Of a stretch of 64,000 bases of DNA, positions 22,514 through 34,980 are shown piece after piece. Position 1 is the stretch's first letter. Each line of letters starts with the position of its first letter. The stretch covers positions 137,213,741 through 137,277,740 of the forward strand of contig CM041465.1 of NCBI GenBank assembly GCA_023213395.1, read 5' to 3'. A program made the position numbers and the translations under genes. The notes below the pieces were generated by a model that searched no databases, was not told the DNA's origin, and worked only from the letters and a program-made list of their open reading frames with translations. Source of the stretch: Cycas panzhihuaensis (lineage: Eukaryota; Plantae; Cycadophyta).

Positions 22514-25500
22514 TCACACGCAGGTAGGAGATAGGTGACGAAGAGTAGGTCCAAGATCGCTAGGTCTACCAAGAAACTTGCTATGGTCGGAACGGATGAG
22601 TGCACAGACTTGGCACACGGATCGCTGCGGGCAAGGTTGCATCCGAGTAGGAGTGGCTCTAGTCCGAGGTAAGGATCTAGAACGTGAAGAAGAAGTGCCT
22701 CTACGAGTGGCTCGCCGGCGTGGGCGCCTACGTGAAACCGCTCGGGGGGGTCGAGAAGGTAAAATAAATGGCTGGTTTAGGACCAGTGGCTCAGGAGCCA
22801 CTGTAGAATGAGGAAGAGCGGGAATATCGTAGAGATATTCCCCTAAGTGCTCGCGAAACCAGGGTGACACGTCGAGGAGAGGGCCCATAACCCTCGCTAT
22901 CTGAATCAGAATCACTCATGGCGGCTAAGTAACCGTAACCACCTACGCCAATAGGGGCAAACCTAACTAGGTTTGGCTCATGACGTGGCATATTCGACCG
23001 ATGAAGGTCTCCTGAAACAAAGGTCCCACTAAGGGGTAACCTCCTCGTGATCGCTATCTTCATCATCGAAAATCACCGGGCAGGATGAGAGGTGTGAGAC
23101 GATTGGCTCACGGGCGACAACTTTAACTTGTCCTTCATGGACAAATTTAAGTTGCCCATCGGTGGGAGTGCATGCTCCCATCCGGGTCGAGCCATGGTCG
23201 GCCCAACAAGAGGTTGTACTCCACATCGACATCGAGTACAAAGAACCCGATGTAAGCTTTTCCCTCCTAAGGTGAGGGATGGGAGATCGCCCCGGAGGGA
23301 CTTCTCGCCCCATCATACCCTTGGCATTTCCAAGGATGACTAAGAGCTACTATGCCTAGCTCCTTGAGCATACGCACAGACATAGCATTGATCGAAGAGC
23401 TATTATCTACAATGGTCCTCTTTACGATACAATCGAGTGTCAATGGTAATGACGTAATGCACGTAAGAGCTTCTCCGCTTCTTTGGGAGATGGGAGATCT
23501 CTAGGATCAAATGAGATGACAGGTGGTCCATGGGAGGTAGCACCTATCGCATGGATGGAAGCATCTTGTTGGCCAAGAGCTTCAAGAAGAAGAGCACGTT
23601 GCTCGTGGCTTCTCAAGACGTCCATCAAGGACATTCCCGCAATGACCAGATAGAGCTCGTCAACGATAGAAAAGGGCTTACCCTTCCCCGTGGGTTGGGT
23701 AAGCGCCCTTCTAAAGTCGAATCTACCAGGTCAGACGGGAATAGTCTTGGGAAGCGCTGGAATCTCCGGAGGAATAGCTTCCGGAGGAGGATCAAGGTAA
23801 GATGTGGATGAAGAGGCACCGGCTGCCTCTTTAGCAGCTTGGGACCGGGTTAAGGCATATAACGGAGTGGTCTCAAGCAATTGGACAACCTTCTTTCCCT
23901 TATAGCGGGACCGCGAAGGTGATGGAGCACGGCGGTGGGAGCGCCAAGGAAGGTGACCTTCGCACACCCTTCCCTCTACCATGCGAAGGGCGAGGATCGG
24001 GAGATCTATCCCGATTCTGACTGTATCTTTGTTGAACATCATGACCACGTTCCCCATGTTTGGGGAACGGGTCTCTATAACAGTCGATCGAGGTTAGGCC
24101 TCGATGTCCGCTGGGGACAGTCGCGAGGCGGGGGCGTCGCGGGTGCCGTGCCCAACGCGCGTCATCATGGAAACACTCCCCGTGGATGGAACACCACCTC
24201 TTCTCAAGGGAGGATCGATCCTCCTTGCTTGAGAAGACGGGTGTTGCCCCTTTGGGGGCATCGCACGAGAAGTCTGTGAGCAATGTCTATGGGAGGTAGG
24301 CGGCGAAGGAGGTTGGAGTTTTAACTCCTCATCGTGCGCCGAATGAGCGAATGGCGGAGGTAAGCGATCTAGGGTCCTCTCACGGATGAGAGGTGGACCT
24401 AGCGGCTGAAGGTGTGGTCTCCTTCATTGGAGGAGGCGCCATGACGTTGCGAGGGCTTGGGAGGTTTCTTGAGACCTGCTTAGATCTCAATAGCCTCCAA
24501 AGCTAAACACCTCGAGATGGCAGAGTCACACGTGGTTGCCCCCATCTTGAGGACTTCCACATGCACTTCGGGGCGAAGTGCATTGACAAAGAGATCCCTC
24601 TTCAACTCCTCAGGCAATGTGGCCTTGGTGGAATGAAGAAGATCGTGAAAACGTCGCACAAAGTCACGATTCATCTCATCGTGACCTTGTTTGAGCGACA
24701 GAAGCGCCTTCATTCCGCTTTCGAATGGACGACTACGTCAAAGTAGTTGACGAACTCGCCCACTAGCCGGAATGAGGAAATCGAATGGGCAGGAAGGCGA
24801 TAGAACCACTTGAGGGCGTCGCCCTGCAAGGATCGCGGGAAGAGCTTCATCAAGATGTGGTCGTAGGCCCAATAGTCAATGCACGCCATGGAAAAGTCAC
24901 ATGACGTGTTTCGGTTGGGTCTTGCGACGAAGTCCCGCCAAATTTGGGGACTTCAAGAGGATGAGGCGAGTTAGTCCTTAGCGCCTCTCGGACAAGGCGT
25001 CGACCTATAGTCCACGAAAGGACGTGTCCTTGCACGGCTAAAGGATCGACAACCTCGAAAGGCACGGACGGGGTGTCGGTCCCATCCTCCTTGAGAAAAC
25101 ACCCCTTGTGGGAAGGGGGTGCAGGCAGATGTTGGAAAGGAGGCGCTCCTCAGGCCGGGCGCAGCAGCCAGGAGTCGCTACTGGACGTCGGAAACAGGGG
25201 TGAGGGGCCGGTTTGCCCATATGGGCCACCGTAGGTGGCGCGACCCCATATGGGTGCAACGGGTCCACTCCATGAGCAGGAGGTGGTTTCCTTGCCCGCC
25301 CCAAGGTTGTGACGTGTAGCACGGGGCACGAAAGAGAAGGACCACCAACCGTTGGACATACGTGGGAGTGGGTCCTACATGGTGGCGCTGGCAGGTGGCC
25401 TCGAGGCCTACTAGGAACGCAGCGGCGCCACGTTCGCGGTGGCACGCGTGCGTTTGGTTTGAGCAAGGCATACTAACCCGAGTTGAGGAAAGATGCCATG

Positions 25501-25960
25501 CGGAGTCCCGGGAAGTGGGACCACGACTAGAAGCAAACGCAACACCGCCTTAGAGCCGGGTAGACACGGCATAGGGCGGTGTACGCCAGGGCGACGTATC
25601 AATCGTCAGAGATGGCGTGGGCATGGATGAGGAAGACGCCACGCGTTGCGTAGCATCTCCAGTTAACCATCTAGGAGGCGGTTGGCGAATCGCCGAAAGT
25701 ACTGTAAGCGCCTCGACCGCGTCGGAGGGGTATCCTCATAGCCATACGAGGTCGAAGGGACTTGAAGGTGGGGACCTCAGGCGCCTCGTAAGGCTCGCCC
25801 GGAGGTGGCGGGTCTCACGAGTAGCCGGATCTTCCACCGCATGAGTGGAAGGCTCAAAATCTTCGGGGTGGAAATGGTCATCGTAGGTAATAGATGGAAT
25901 CCTCGCCCTCACGGTGGATTCCGGAGCAGACGAAGGGAACTCATGAGTTCAAGTCATAAC
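22514..25960 (-). pseudogene. gag-protease of E2 (frameshifted)
   Basis: MKALLSLKQGHDEMNRDFVRRFHDLL...LFVNALRPEV (Retrotrans_gag); WCSIHGECFHDDAR (Tat-type Zn knuckle); protease IVKRTIVDNSSSIN and YNLLLGRPW. Confidence 0.85.
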
Positions 25961-26229
25961 ATGGTAGGCCCAATCGGACGGGTAACCTTCCATCGAAACG
26001 GGCTCGACGATGGAATGAACGCGACGATTGGTCTTCAACAACGGCAAACCCGCAAGGCCAAGCGAGAACGCCGTGATGCAACGCCCGCGGCGTTGTTAGA
26101 AAAGCGAAAAGGAAAAGGAAGGAAAGCCGCAAACCCGCTGGGGTTGCCCAACTCAAAACACAAAATGCGAGCCTACCTAAAGGCAAGAGCACCAACACGA
26201 AGGGAAGCGGATCTAGCTCCCTTTACCGG

Positions 26230-26249
26230 CGCCCCAAGATGGTCGCCGG
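26230..26249 (-). promoter_or_regulatory. Primer-binding site of E2 (degenerate, TGGCGAC-type)
   Basis: Minus strand ...CGTTTCA|CCGGCGACCATCTTGGGG, immediately after the 5' LTR. Confidence 0.55.
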
Positions 26250-28741
26250 TGAAACGCTCTCCACGGGCAATGATCCAACGCCTAGTGAAGGACACAAAAC
26301 CACTGTGGCTAATAGGCTAAAGAACGAGGATCATACCTCGGACGCCCGTCTTGTGGGAGGCGTGCACGGGCGCAAGGTGCTGGTTGCTCTGTGTAGCCGC
26401 TGAAGGCGAGACCTCCTACCCTTCGGATGGCCGGAAGGGGAAAAGGAAACGCACGCCGCTACTTCTCAAGGCAATGAGAAAGCGAAGGGGTAACCAACCA
26501 AACGTGTCGCAGTAAGATATATGCAAGAGCGGCTAAGGAGGGATCCCAAAGGATCTCAAATACTATAATACGCTGGTATAGCAAAGAAAGGTACAAGTAA
26601 AGCAAATGCAGAGTAAAAAGCAAGTACAAAATAAATAGTTATTTCTTCCCTTTTTCTTATGTTCTTTAACTACTAAAGCAAGTGTAAAGAAACGTAAGAG
26701 CACGAAAAAGAGTATGGAAGGTGAGCGAGAATACACCGGATCCGTGGTTGAGACGCAGTGTCCGATCACCTGTTGCGCTTCCTCCCGTCGTCCTCCTCAG
26801 ATGCGTCGGTTGCAGCGGTGATGGGGATCACTTACCTCCCAAAGCAAATAAACACTAACTAAATCGAAACGATGAAAATAAAGCTCAAAGCGACATAAAC
26901 AAAAGCGAGAACCTACCAAACAAGCGTCGGCCAAGATGGGTCGACCTATGCGCCTTTGTTCGAACGCCTCCCGCAAGCAAATAAGCGTAATACCTTCCTC
27001 TCGAAAGAGGGGCTACGAGATACAAAAGATATATGTATATATGTTGCAAGTAAAGCAAACTAAGCTAAAAGGACATAGTTAAGCACTATCATACAATAAA
27101 AGAAACAACGTCATATGACAGGCATGCCAAGGTCATACACCACAAACGCACTCGAATGGGGTTGAGTATAGCCTCTGGATGGCTAACTCACCCACGAGAG
27201 GTCTCCATGTAATGTAAGGGAAACGATGCTAGCATGCAACAAGAAGGATCATGGAGCAACGGTAGCATAAGCCAAAGTAAGCACTCAACCGATTCTCCAA
27301 AGCCTCTCTAGCCCTATTTCTTAAGCAAAAGGAGATAAAGGGGAGAGGAAAAAGGGACGGAACCCTTGGGGAGTAGGGCGGCAATGGGGACGGAACCCGC
27401 CTATCTTCCTCAAACCCTCGTGTAACCCTTTATGCCGGTTTGCCCAAGAAATGGCGAAAGAGAAGGATGGGAGAAGAAGGATGAGTGGAAGAAAAATGGG
27501 AAACTAAGCCTATCCTTGGGTAACACTCTAATAGGCCACAAATACTATGGTTCCTTGCATCAAATGGCTAAGGGAAGCCAAGAGAATACATATACAAAAG
27601 GAAGCAAAGAGTTGCAAGTAAAATAATACAAAAAGCAAGCAAAACACCAAAGAAATGACACCAAATACCTCTAATGGTGAAGAAGGAGTGCATGTAGGCA
27701 CTTGGCAACTTGGAGCAGCGGTCCAAGAGATGCCTATGAAGGAATGTAGCATGTCCCTTGCAAGAGAGTGAGATGGTGGAGCCTCATGCAAGAAAATGAG
27801 ATGGAAATGGTTTCTTGCAATGGTTTTCTTGGTAAAATCCTCTTGGAAGCTTTCAATGTGTGTGAAGAGGAGGAATGCTTGTATTGGAGTCTGAGGGGCA
27901 AGAATGGCCCCGTATCTCCAAAGAATAGCAGCCCTTGGTGCCTCCGTCCCCACAAACAGAAAGATGTCTCTTATCCGCTTTTGTTCTTTGTCTCTTTGTG
28001 AAGAAAATGCTCAGGAAAGTTGAAAAGTGAGGTGAATAATGAAGCAAATGAATAAAAAATGGTTTTATGTCTTGAGTGAAGCCAGTGAACGTTGGGGCCC
28101 CGCGCCCAACTGTTAGAGCCACGCAGCCCGCCAAAAATCGCGGCACCGCCGCGTTTCTTTTTTTAATTTTAAGCGATCAAGGCGATAAACTTAGCGCATC
28201 GCTAAGTTTATCGCAGATGCACCGGCACCGCCGAACTCCGCAGCATCGCTTAATTTACCGCAGACGGAACCGAAACCCAAAAATGTAAAATTAAAGTAAG
28301 AAATCGGGTTTTAAGGTAAAATCACAAGTTAAACTCAAAATACATTAGTCAAGAGCGCTTTAGGTCATGGGCATGTGCTCAAGCGGCAAAAGACCTAACT
28401 AAGGGTTAAACCAGCTTAGAAAGGGTTTGCAACATAAGCAAGACGCGGTAACACGCCTAAACAGTGACAAAAGCATCCCGAAGACCATGGAGACGCTGTG
28501 GTGGTTGTACGCCATACGGTGTCGATTCACGATGAATGCCTCATTGTGAGTCGTCATAGGCTAAAAGGTGCCGTTAGGCACATGCATAATGAACAAACAA
28601 TCAAACAGGTGCATATGGACAGGCACATGTCAATCAAACCATTCCCACCATCGCAACGATCATAAGTAAGCAAAGTAAAGGCATATACCGCACAAACCTC
28701 GTGTCGATGTGTCATGAAGTCCATTCCGATAGCCGGAAACA
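26250..28741 (-). repeat. 5' LTR of E2 (2492 bp)
   Basis: Direct repeat of 15537-18029; adjacent to the PBS; followed by TSD GTTGT. Confidence 0.92.
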
Positions 28742-29926
28742 GTTGTAGCTTATCTTCAGGGTAAATTTTGATGTAAAAAATTAAATACTATAATCTAAAG
28801 CATAGTATCCTAACACTAGTTTGACAAAATGAAAAAATACTGTTGCCAATTTAAAAATCAAATTAGTAATTAGATTAAACTTACGGCTAAAAGGAGGTTA
28901 TTGATAAATTACAACTAATTGCTAGGAAGGGTTTAATAAACTAGGTTTAGGTTAATGAGACATGGAAGTTTGGCTGAATGCTTGAATGTTATGTAATGTT
29001 TGAATGCTCATATGTTATGAAAAAGGGAAGAAAGAATAAAATTTTAAGTCAAAGAATATTTCTAATAAAAAAATTTCTCTAAGATATTTTAAAATATAAA
29101 TTTTATAATATTTATACGAAAATATTTTTCATTATTATATTTTAGACTAGGTCGGGTGTTGGGCCGCATCACTTAGTACTACATTTTGATGTAAAAAATG
29201 TTCCAAATTGGACTCCTAAGGGATTTATAGGGGTGAATGGGAGGAAAGGGTGACAAATTCCAACAAACCAGAAACTAATTCTCTCTTCAAGACTCAACAT
29301 CTTCAAAAAAAAAAAAAAAAAAAGAAGATTTAATATTTGATTTATAACTTCACAAGAAATATAAATATAAGCATACTATGGAAAATCAAGTTGATCTACG
29401 TTAGTGATTGGTGTGCATTTTTGCATATCAATTTGGCGAGGCTCCTTTGAGTGTTAGCATGTTTTTGTTTTCGTGCGAAGATGAATGGGCATGATAGGGA
29501 TCAACCCCTGTGCAGTACCATGTACTTCTGAATTGAATTTACCATTAACTATGCCTATATTGTATTTCTTGTGTTCGTTGCATGAGAACGAATACAAGGT
29601 AGAATGGGATGAAGCAAGGTCTGAGGTGAGTGCAAGAAGAGGGAAATGCGCTCTAGAGTGCAAACGTGATCTTGCTGCTGGGAATCTCACACCTACAAGC
29701 TGTAAGAGTGGAAAGAAATGCAAACGGAGGCCACCTGCGCTTGGGTTTCTGAATACTGACGATTGCAACGGATGCAGGGAAAGCAATTAGGTCAAAATCT
29801 GAGTAGAGGCCAAGGATTTTAAGGATGAGGGACCTAGAGGAGTGTTGAGTTTGTAAGGAAAAAAAGGATAAAAAGGACTGGAAGAAAATTAGATGATTTA
29901 TCTCCAGAACTGATCTGGAAAGAATT

Positions 29927-29939
29927 GGCTCTGATACCA
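29927..29939 (-). promoter_or_regulatory. tRNA-iMet PBS of a truncated minus-strand LTR element
   Basis: TGGTATCAGAGCC on minus, 2 nt from a ...TACA LTR end (plus-strand TGTAGGGG at 29942). Confidence 0.75.
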
Positions 29940-30199
29940 ATTGTAGGGGTCCTGCCACTCCAGCATACAACGGGGACCATGTTCTAGAAAAATTGGCTCC
30001 AAATGGAGATGCCTGAGGGCAGAATAATACAGCAACAAATATTTGATGCCCATTCCCTAAGGCTGTAACCCTTATAAGTAGACACTCGCTAACACCCACA
30101 TGGTGTGGTTGGCTTCCTAGCCATCTTGGGCCACTAAGGGTTAGTAAAATCAGTGAGGTCAGTGATCAGGGGTCAATGGAATCGACATGAGGTTAGGGA

Positions 30200-31800
30200 G
30201 TTGAGTTAGGACATGTGCCCAAGATGGATTTTCAAACCAACACGGAGATGAAATTATGTTCATACCTTTCAAGGTTGTGCCATTGAATTTGCAACCTTCC
30301 AAATTCGTGGGAACAACTTGAGAACTATTCATTAAAAAGTTTGTAATCCTCTTATTCGATGATGTGGTATTATCGAAGATTGCTTTTCAAAGCAAGGTGT
30401 GTTGTCCATCCGCATCAATTTGGCTAAGAAAGAATAAACTATTTGGGGCTTTGCACTTGCAATAGTAGTTCAGTTGATGAGACGGAACATTAGAGCAATC
30501 AAAAGTTGATCTAACCCAAGAACCTCTTGCAACATGGAGCCCTTTCTGGTTAGCTTCATCCTGCAGATGATTTGTTTGAGACTTTCACACAAAGAAGCCT
30601 CATTCTAACAAGAATTTTTGAGAGTTACTTCCATTAGATCGAGTTCTTGGAAGTGTCATTGGGGTTATCATTGAAACCAAAAAGTCATTTGCTTCAAGAA
30701 CAAAAATGATGATGGAGTGGTTAAGAGCTATAGATGTTCGCCATATGTTGTGTTTTAGTGATAACATCTACAAGTAACATTACTTCCCAAACCGATCGCC
30801 TTGAAGTATCATCGACCCAATTGGTGCTTGCTTAATGGGACATAGAAAGATGGGAAAATACCATAACAAGGACGAGAATGCACCATTAGGACATACAAAG
30901 GCATAGTCGAAGGTGTATGTGTTATCCGGAATTTTGTTGTTAAGTGATTGCTACCATTAGATTTCTAGTTTAGCGATTCAGGACATACTTTGTTTTTGTC
31001 TTTGAACAACATAGTGCTTAGAGATAAATAGAGGCCGCATGGGAAGAATGCATTCTTGCACAACACTCCTTTTCATAGATCAATAGGGATTTATCAGTAG
31101 AAGGGCGAATTTTCATCACGCCTAATTGTGAATTTGGAATGGGATTGCCATTCACACCCTATCAAGGTCACAAAGGATTTGGGAAAACATGTTTGAACAT
31201 AAGAATCCATTTTATCATGCCGCTTTTGTATGAGGATAAAAACAGAAGTTAAGAAATTTGTCAAACGAACATTCCCTATCCCGAGCCAACAAGTTATTGA
31301 ATGTTTACATTTGTGGATTTTACTTTAGATTAGATTAAATGAGTCCTATAGGTGGCCCGACAAACTCCAGCTAGTGGTTAGATGAGAAATATGCAATTGC
31401 TGATTGAATCACTAAGCGCACAAACTTCCTGGCCAAGTGGACCATACAAACCCTCTCTTGTGACAATCCTTTTTTACTTATGGGAACATAAATGTCTTAA
31501 GGGTTCCACCTATCACCCTCAGATTCATGTCCAAACATGTATACGATAGAAGACTTGGAAGAGTGTGTTCAACACTTGCTTGTAAAATGACTAGTTTTAT
31601 AGTGTTCTTACATAAATTTGTAAGAATATCTCTAGTTGCATCGATGTTGAGGCCTTGTTTGGATTTGGGGCTTATATGAACATTTCTTGGCGTAAGTGTA
31701 ATACGATTTACTCACAAGAGAATGCACCGATGACATGGTGAAAGAGTCGAACGCAGAGCATTGGTGCCAAGACTTGGGAGACCTCTCTGACCTTCACTTT
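30200..31800 (+). pseudogene. Highly degenerate Ty3/Gypsy pol remnant (RT to integrase)
   Basis: KMDFQT..IPF..FATF (KTAF/MPFGL-like), KFVILLFDDVVLS (FDD motif) at ~30340, STYHPQIHVQT (YHPQTDGQ-like) at ~31505. Confidence 0.6.
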
Positions 31801-34449
31801 GATGACCAATTAGCTCATATTGTGATGATCTAATGTGCAAATAAAATAACTATGATGTGGTTAGGTGGCTATTGCACCCAACATGATTATAGAAGAGGCT
31901 TTAAGTTGCAGTTGCAAACTCTTGCAATTTATCTTATTTTTTGGATTTTTTCAAGATCGGTTGTCCCTCCGTCAAATATGACCCTTATTTGGGTTGATTC
32001 GCTAGCTTAGCCTCGGAGTAGACTCGGATGTGGATTCTTCTGCTCCACCGCTCGTATAAATATTGTTGTGTATGAGATTTGTGGTATAAATATTAATGCT
32101 TTAATAATGACATTGATTAAGAAAAAAAAAAAGCTATGGAAATTAGATGTCCTAACTGCGATGTTGTTGTGTGCAAAGACCACATATATCCTCTTTATCT
32201 GCTTTCAAATTGTAAAAGTTAGATTAAACTCAACGGTTGTAAGATGGCTTGGATTGAACAAGGCAACTGTGAAGACTTGAAGTTGTAGCATATATATCCT
32301 TTTATCTACTTCACCGTAAAAGTTAGATTAAACAAAGGCAAGAACAAGGTCGTTTGGATTCAAACCAAGGCAATCTGTTAATACTTAATTGTGCAAAAGA
32401 TCGTTCGAGAGTAATGTGGCCATTCATTTTGTAGTTAGCATGTATGCCGGAAGTGTAGCAAGAGTCTTGCTTATTCGGTATTGATTTGAAAATTTGGCAT
32501 AGCAAAGAGTGAAGTCTTCCGCATTGAAATAAATAAATAAGACTTAGAAAAGAGATGTTCCACCTTCGCCTGTAGAGGCAAAATTGTGTTGTTGATACTT
32601 GTTGGTGATGTTGTATATTTATACATGGACTTTCTATTAGCATTCAAAGCGTTTTAAGGTGCATTTGTATGTTGTGAAGTATTGGGATTTCCTATTGCGG
32701 ATGTTCACACCGAGCAATTGTGTTTTCGGGCATTCTTCGAAAATGAAACCCAAAAGATTTTGAGTGCAAATGATTATTTTCATGAGGAAATGTTTTGCTA
32801 AAGTGGGGATTGAAATATACTATTTGACATTTCCATGGAAGATTTGGCCCAAAACTTATTTTATGAGGCAAGTAGGGTATACAGGTGTGTAGTGTTAATT
32901 CACAAGTGGCACAAGTTACATGATACTTCAAAATCATCACACAATATTTTGTGAGGGGACCTTTTAAATACCGTGTTTTAATTCAAAATCGATCTGCTTA
33001 CATAGAAAATTTAAAATATGACAAAGTTATAAAGAAAATTAGGAAATATATAGACCTACAAAATAAAATAACAATTCTCTACATAGAAATAGAAATATAA
33101 ATGGAAGTATATTCATGTTCTCAAATGACCGAAACAAATAATGGTATCGGAGAAAAGATGTCCCGCATACAATACATGGATAGGAGTGTGAACTTCTCCA
33201 ATCTAAACCCATCTAAGACCATCTAGTGATGCACATATGAGCAATAACAATAACAATATATTGGCTAAATAAAGTAATACACGAATTCACAATAGGGAGT
33301 GTGTAGAGCATCTCGAAAGGTAAGCTTGTCTAAGGCCCGATGATGTATGTATGAGCAATAACAATAACAATGTCTTGGCCAAATAAAGCAATAGATTACT
33401 TTGAATGCCGTAATCTCTACATGAGAGATCCTAGAGTTTGATAAGGTTGATACAACAGGTGTCTCTCATCCTCTATCATGATATGGAAACCCTAATGATC
33501 TCGTCTTCTCCATCGACTCCTCTGAAGTTCTGTATCACCCATTGTATAAAGTCATTGAGTGAGCTGTCGATGAATTACTATTACAGTACCTTGAGGGGTG
33601 ATTCCCTTTGATGCCAAGATGTGTTTTTCCCAACATGGAAGGCCAAAGTCTACAAAGGTTTTAATTAAGGACTAGTAGAAGTTTGCAAAATGTGCGAGAG
33701 GAGACCTAGCAGAGTTGCCTTGATATGAACCTTTGGACTCTTTACACCTTGGTCTGGTAGTCGTTGTCCCTTTATGTGGTGGCCTGCTATAAATTGCAAG
33801 TGTGTGAGGTGGATTAGAGATTTGAGTATGTGAACAACATTTGATATGCTGTTGATTGTCTTGAGAGACTGAAGGGCATTTTGTCCTCATGCAATAGTCA
33901 TTGAGCCAAAAAATGATGTAATAATTAATCGCATACTAGAGGGTTGCAGTTTATTCAAGAGTCATTTTCTCTGAAAAGCGCTTTTGGAGAAAAAGAGCAA
34001 CACACCTATGCCTTGTGTAAGAAGTCGAAGTTGGTGAGGATCCTATGGAGACTCTAAGCAGTAGTAAAATTTGTCCCTAATCTCATAGTGTCTTGGGCAT
34101 CGAAAAATAAAATGATCTTCGGTCATTGGTTCCGACAAATAAAGCATGTGAATCCTCTCATTTCAAAGAATAAAATGCCGGGCTTCTACCTAAATTGGTG
34201 AGAGCACACTTGGACTACCCATGGGAACTACTAAACCATTCTACATATAGAGGCATATATACCATGGTGGATCAATTGTGACATATGTAAATTTGAGAAA
34301 ATGCTCATGGTAGAAAGTTTAGGACTACGCTACTCTGTGGGAGCAATCCATGGAACCCGGAGATATGCGCGGTAAAGTTCTGTTCGTATGGCCACATTAC
34401 TCTCTTTCTCGATAATGAGATTAGGGTTATCTAAGGTGAACTATGGGTG

Positions 34450-34980
34450 GAAGTTCATCACGTAAAAGCCCAATCATCCGCAATACAACTGGATCTTAAA
34501 TATACCGTACTTGGAGTTTGTTTGAGATAGATATTGTGAGGAATCTTGGGCCAAAATGGGTATCTATCCTTTCGAACACTAGACTCGCCATCCTCCTATC
34601 CTTCGTGTAAATGCAAAACAATCCCAAGTATGGCCACCGATTGAAGGGATGTGCTCCAAACTCGCATGTGTATCAGAGGTTTGCTAAACATAGCATTTGC
34701 ACTCCCTCAATCCTTGTCCATGCTAGGGAGGACATACTTGGTTCTTACATCTCGCTTCATGTAAAACCATAGGCCCAAATAGAGAATCAAAGGATTTGTT
34801 TTGTACATATATCTTGGAAATATATTTGAAAACATTGCTTCTCTAGAAATGAAAGTGAGTCATATCCTTTATGAAATTGAGGCCAAGTCATAGATGTATG
34901 AAAAAGTATGCGGATATTCTTAATTATGTAAAAGACGAAACTATCTCCAACCGCTTGAAAGGTGAGCAACAATCTAGATA
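34450..34980 (-). pseudogene. Possible LINE/L1 RT remnant
   Basis: FHKGYDSLSFL resembles DFxKAYDSV.W.FL, and MKRDVR resembles RGVRQG. Very eroded. Confidence 0.3.

Larger units (their letters stand above)
15537..28741 (-). mobile_element. Full-length non-autonomous Tat-like LTR element E2 (gag-protease only, plus antisense cassette)
   Basis: TG...CA termini; identical 5-bp flanks GTTGT at 15532-15536 and 28742-28746; direct repeats at 15537-18029 and 26250-28741; no RT/RH/INT motifs internally. Confidence 0.93.

Noticed and set aside
29-28288. Numerous 60-280-aa ORFs in E1 and E2
   Set aside because: Off-frame or antisense products of GC-rich TE sequence. Only motif-bearing fragments were used.
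29454-30099. Cys-rich and overlapping ORFs near the PBS
   Set aside because: They lie in an LTR/leader remnant and show no domain pattern.
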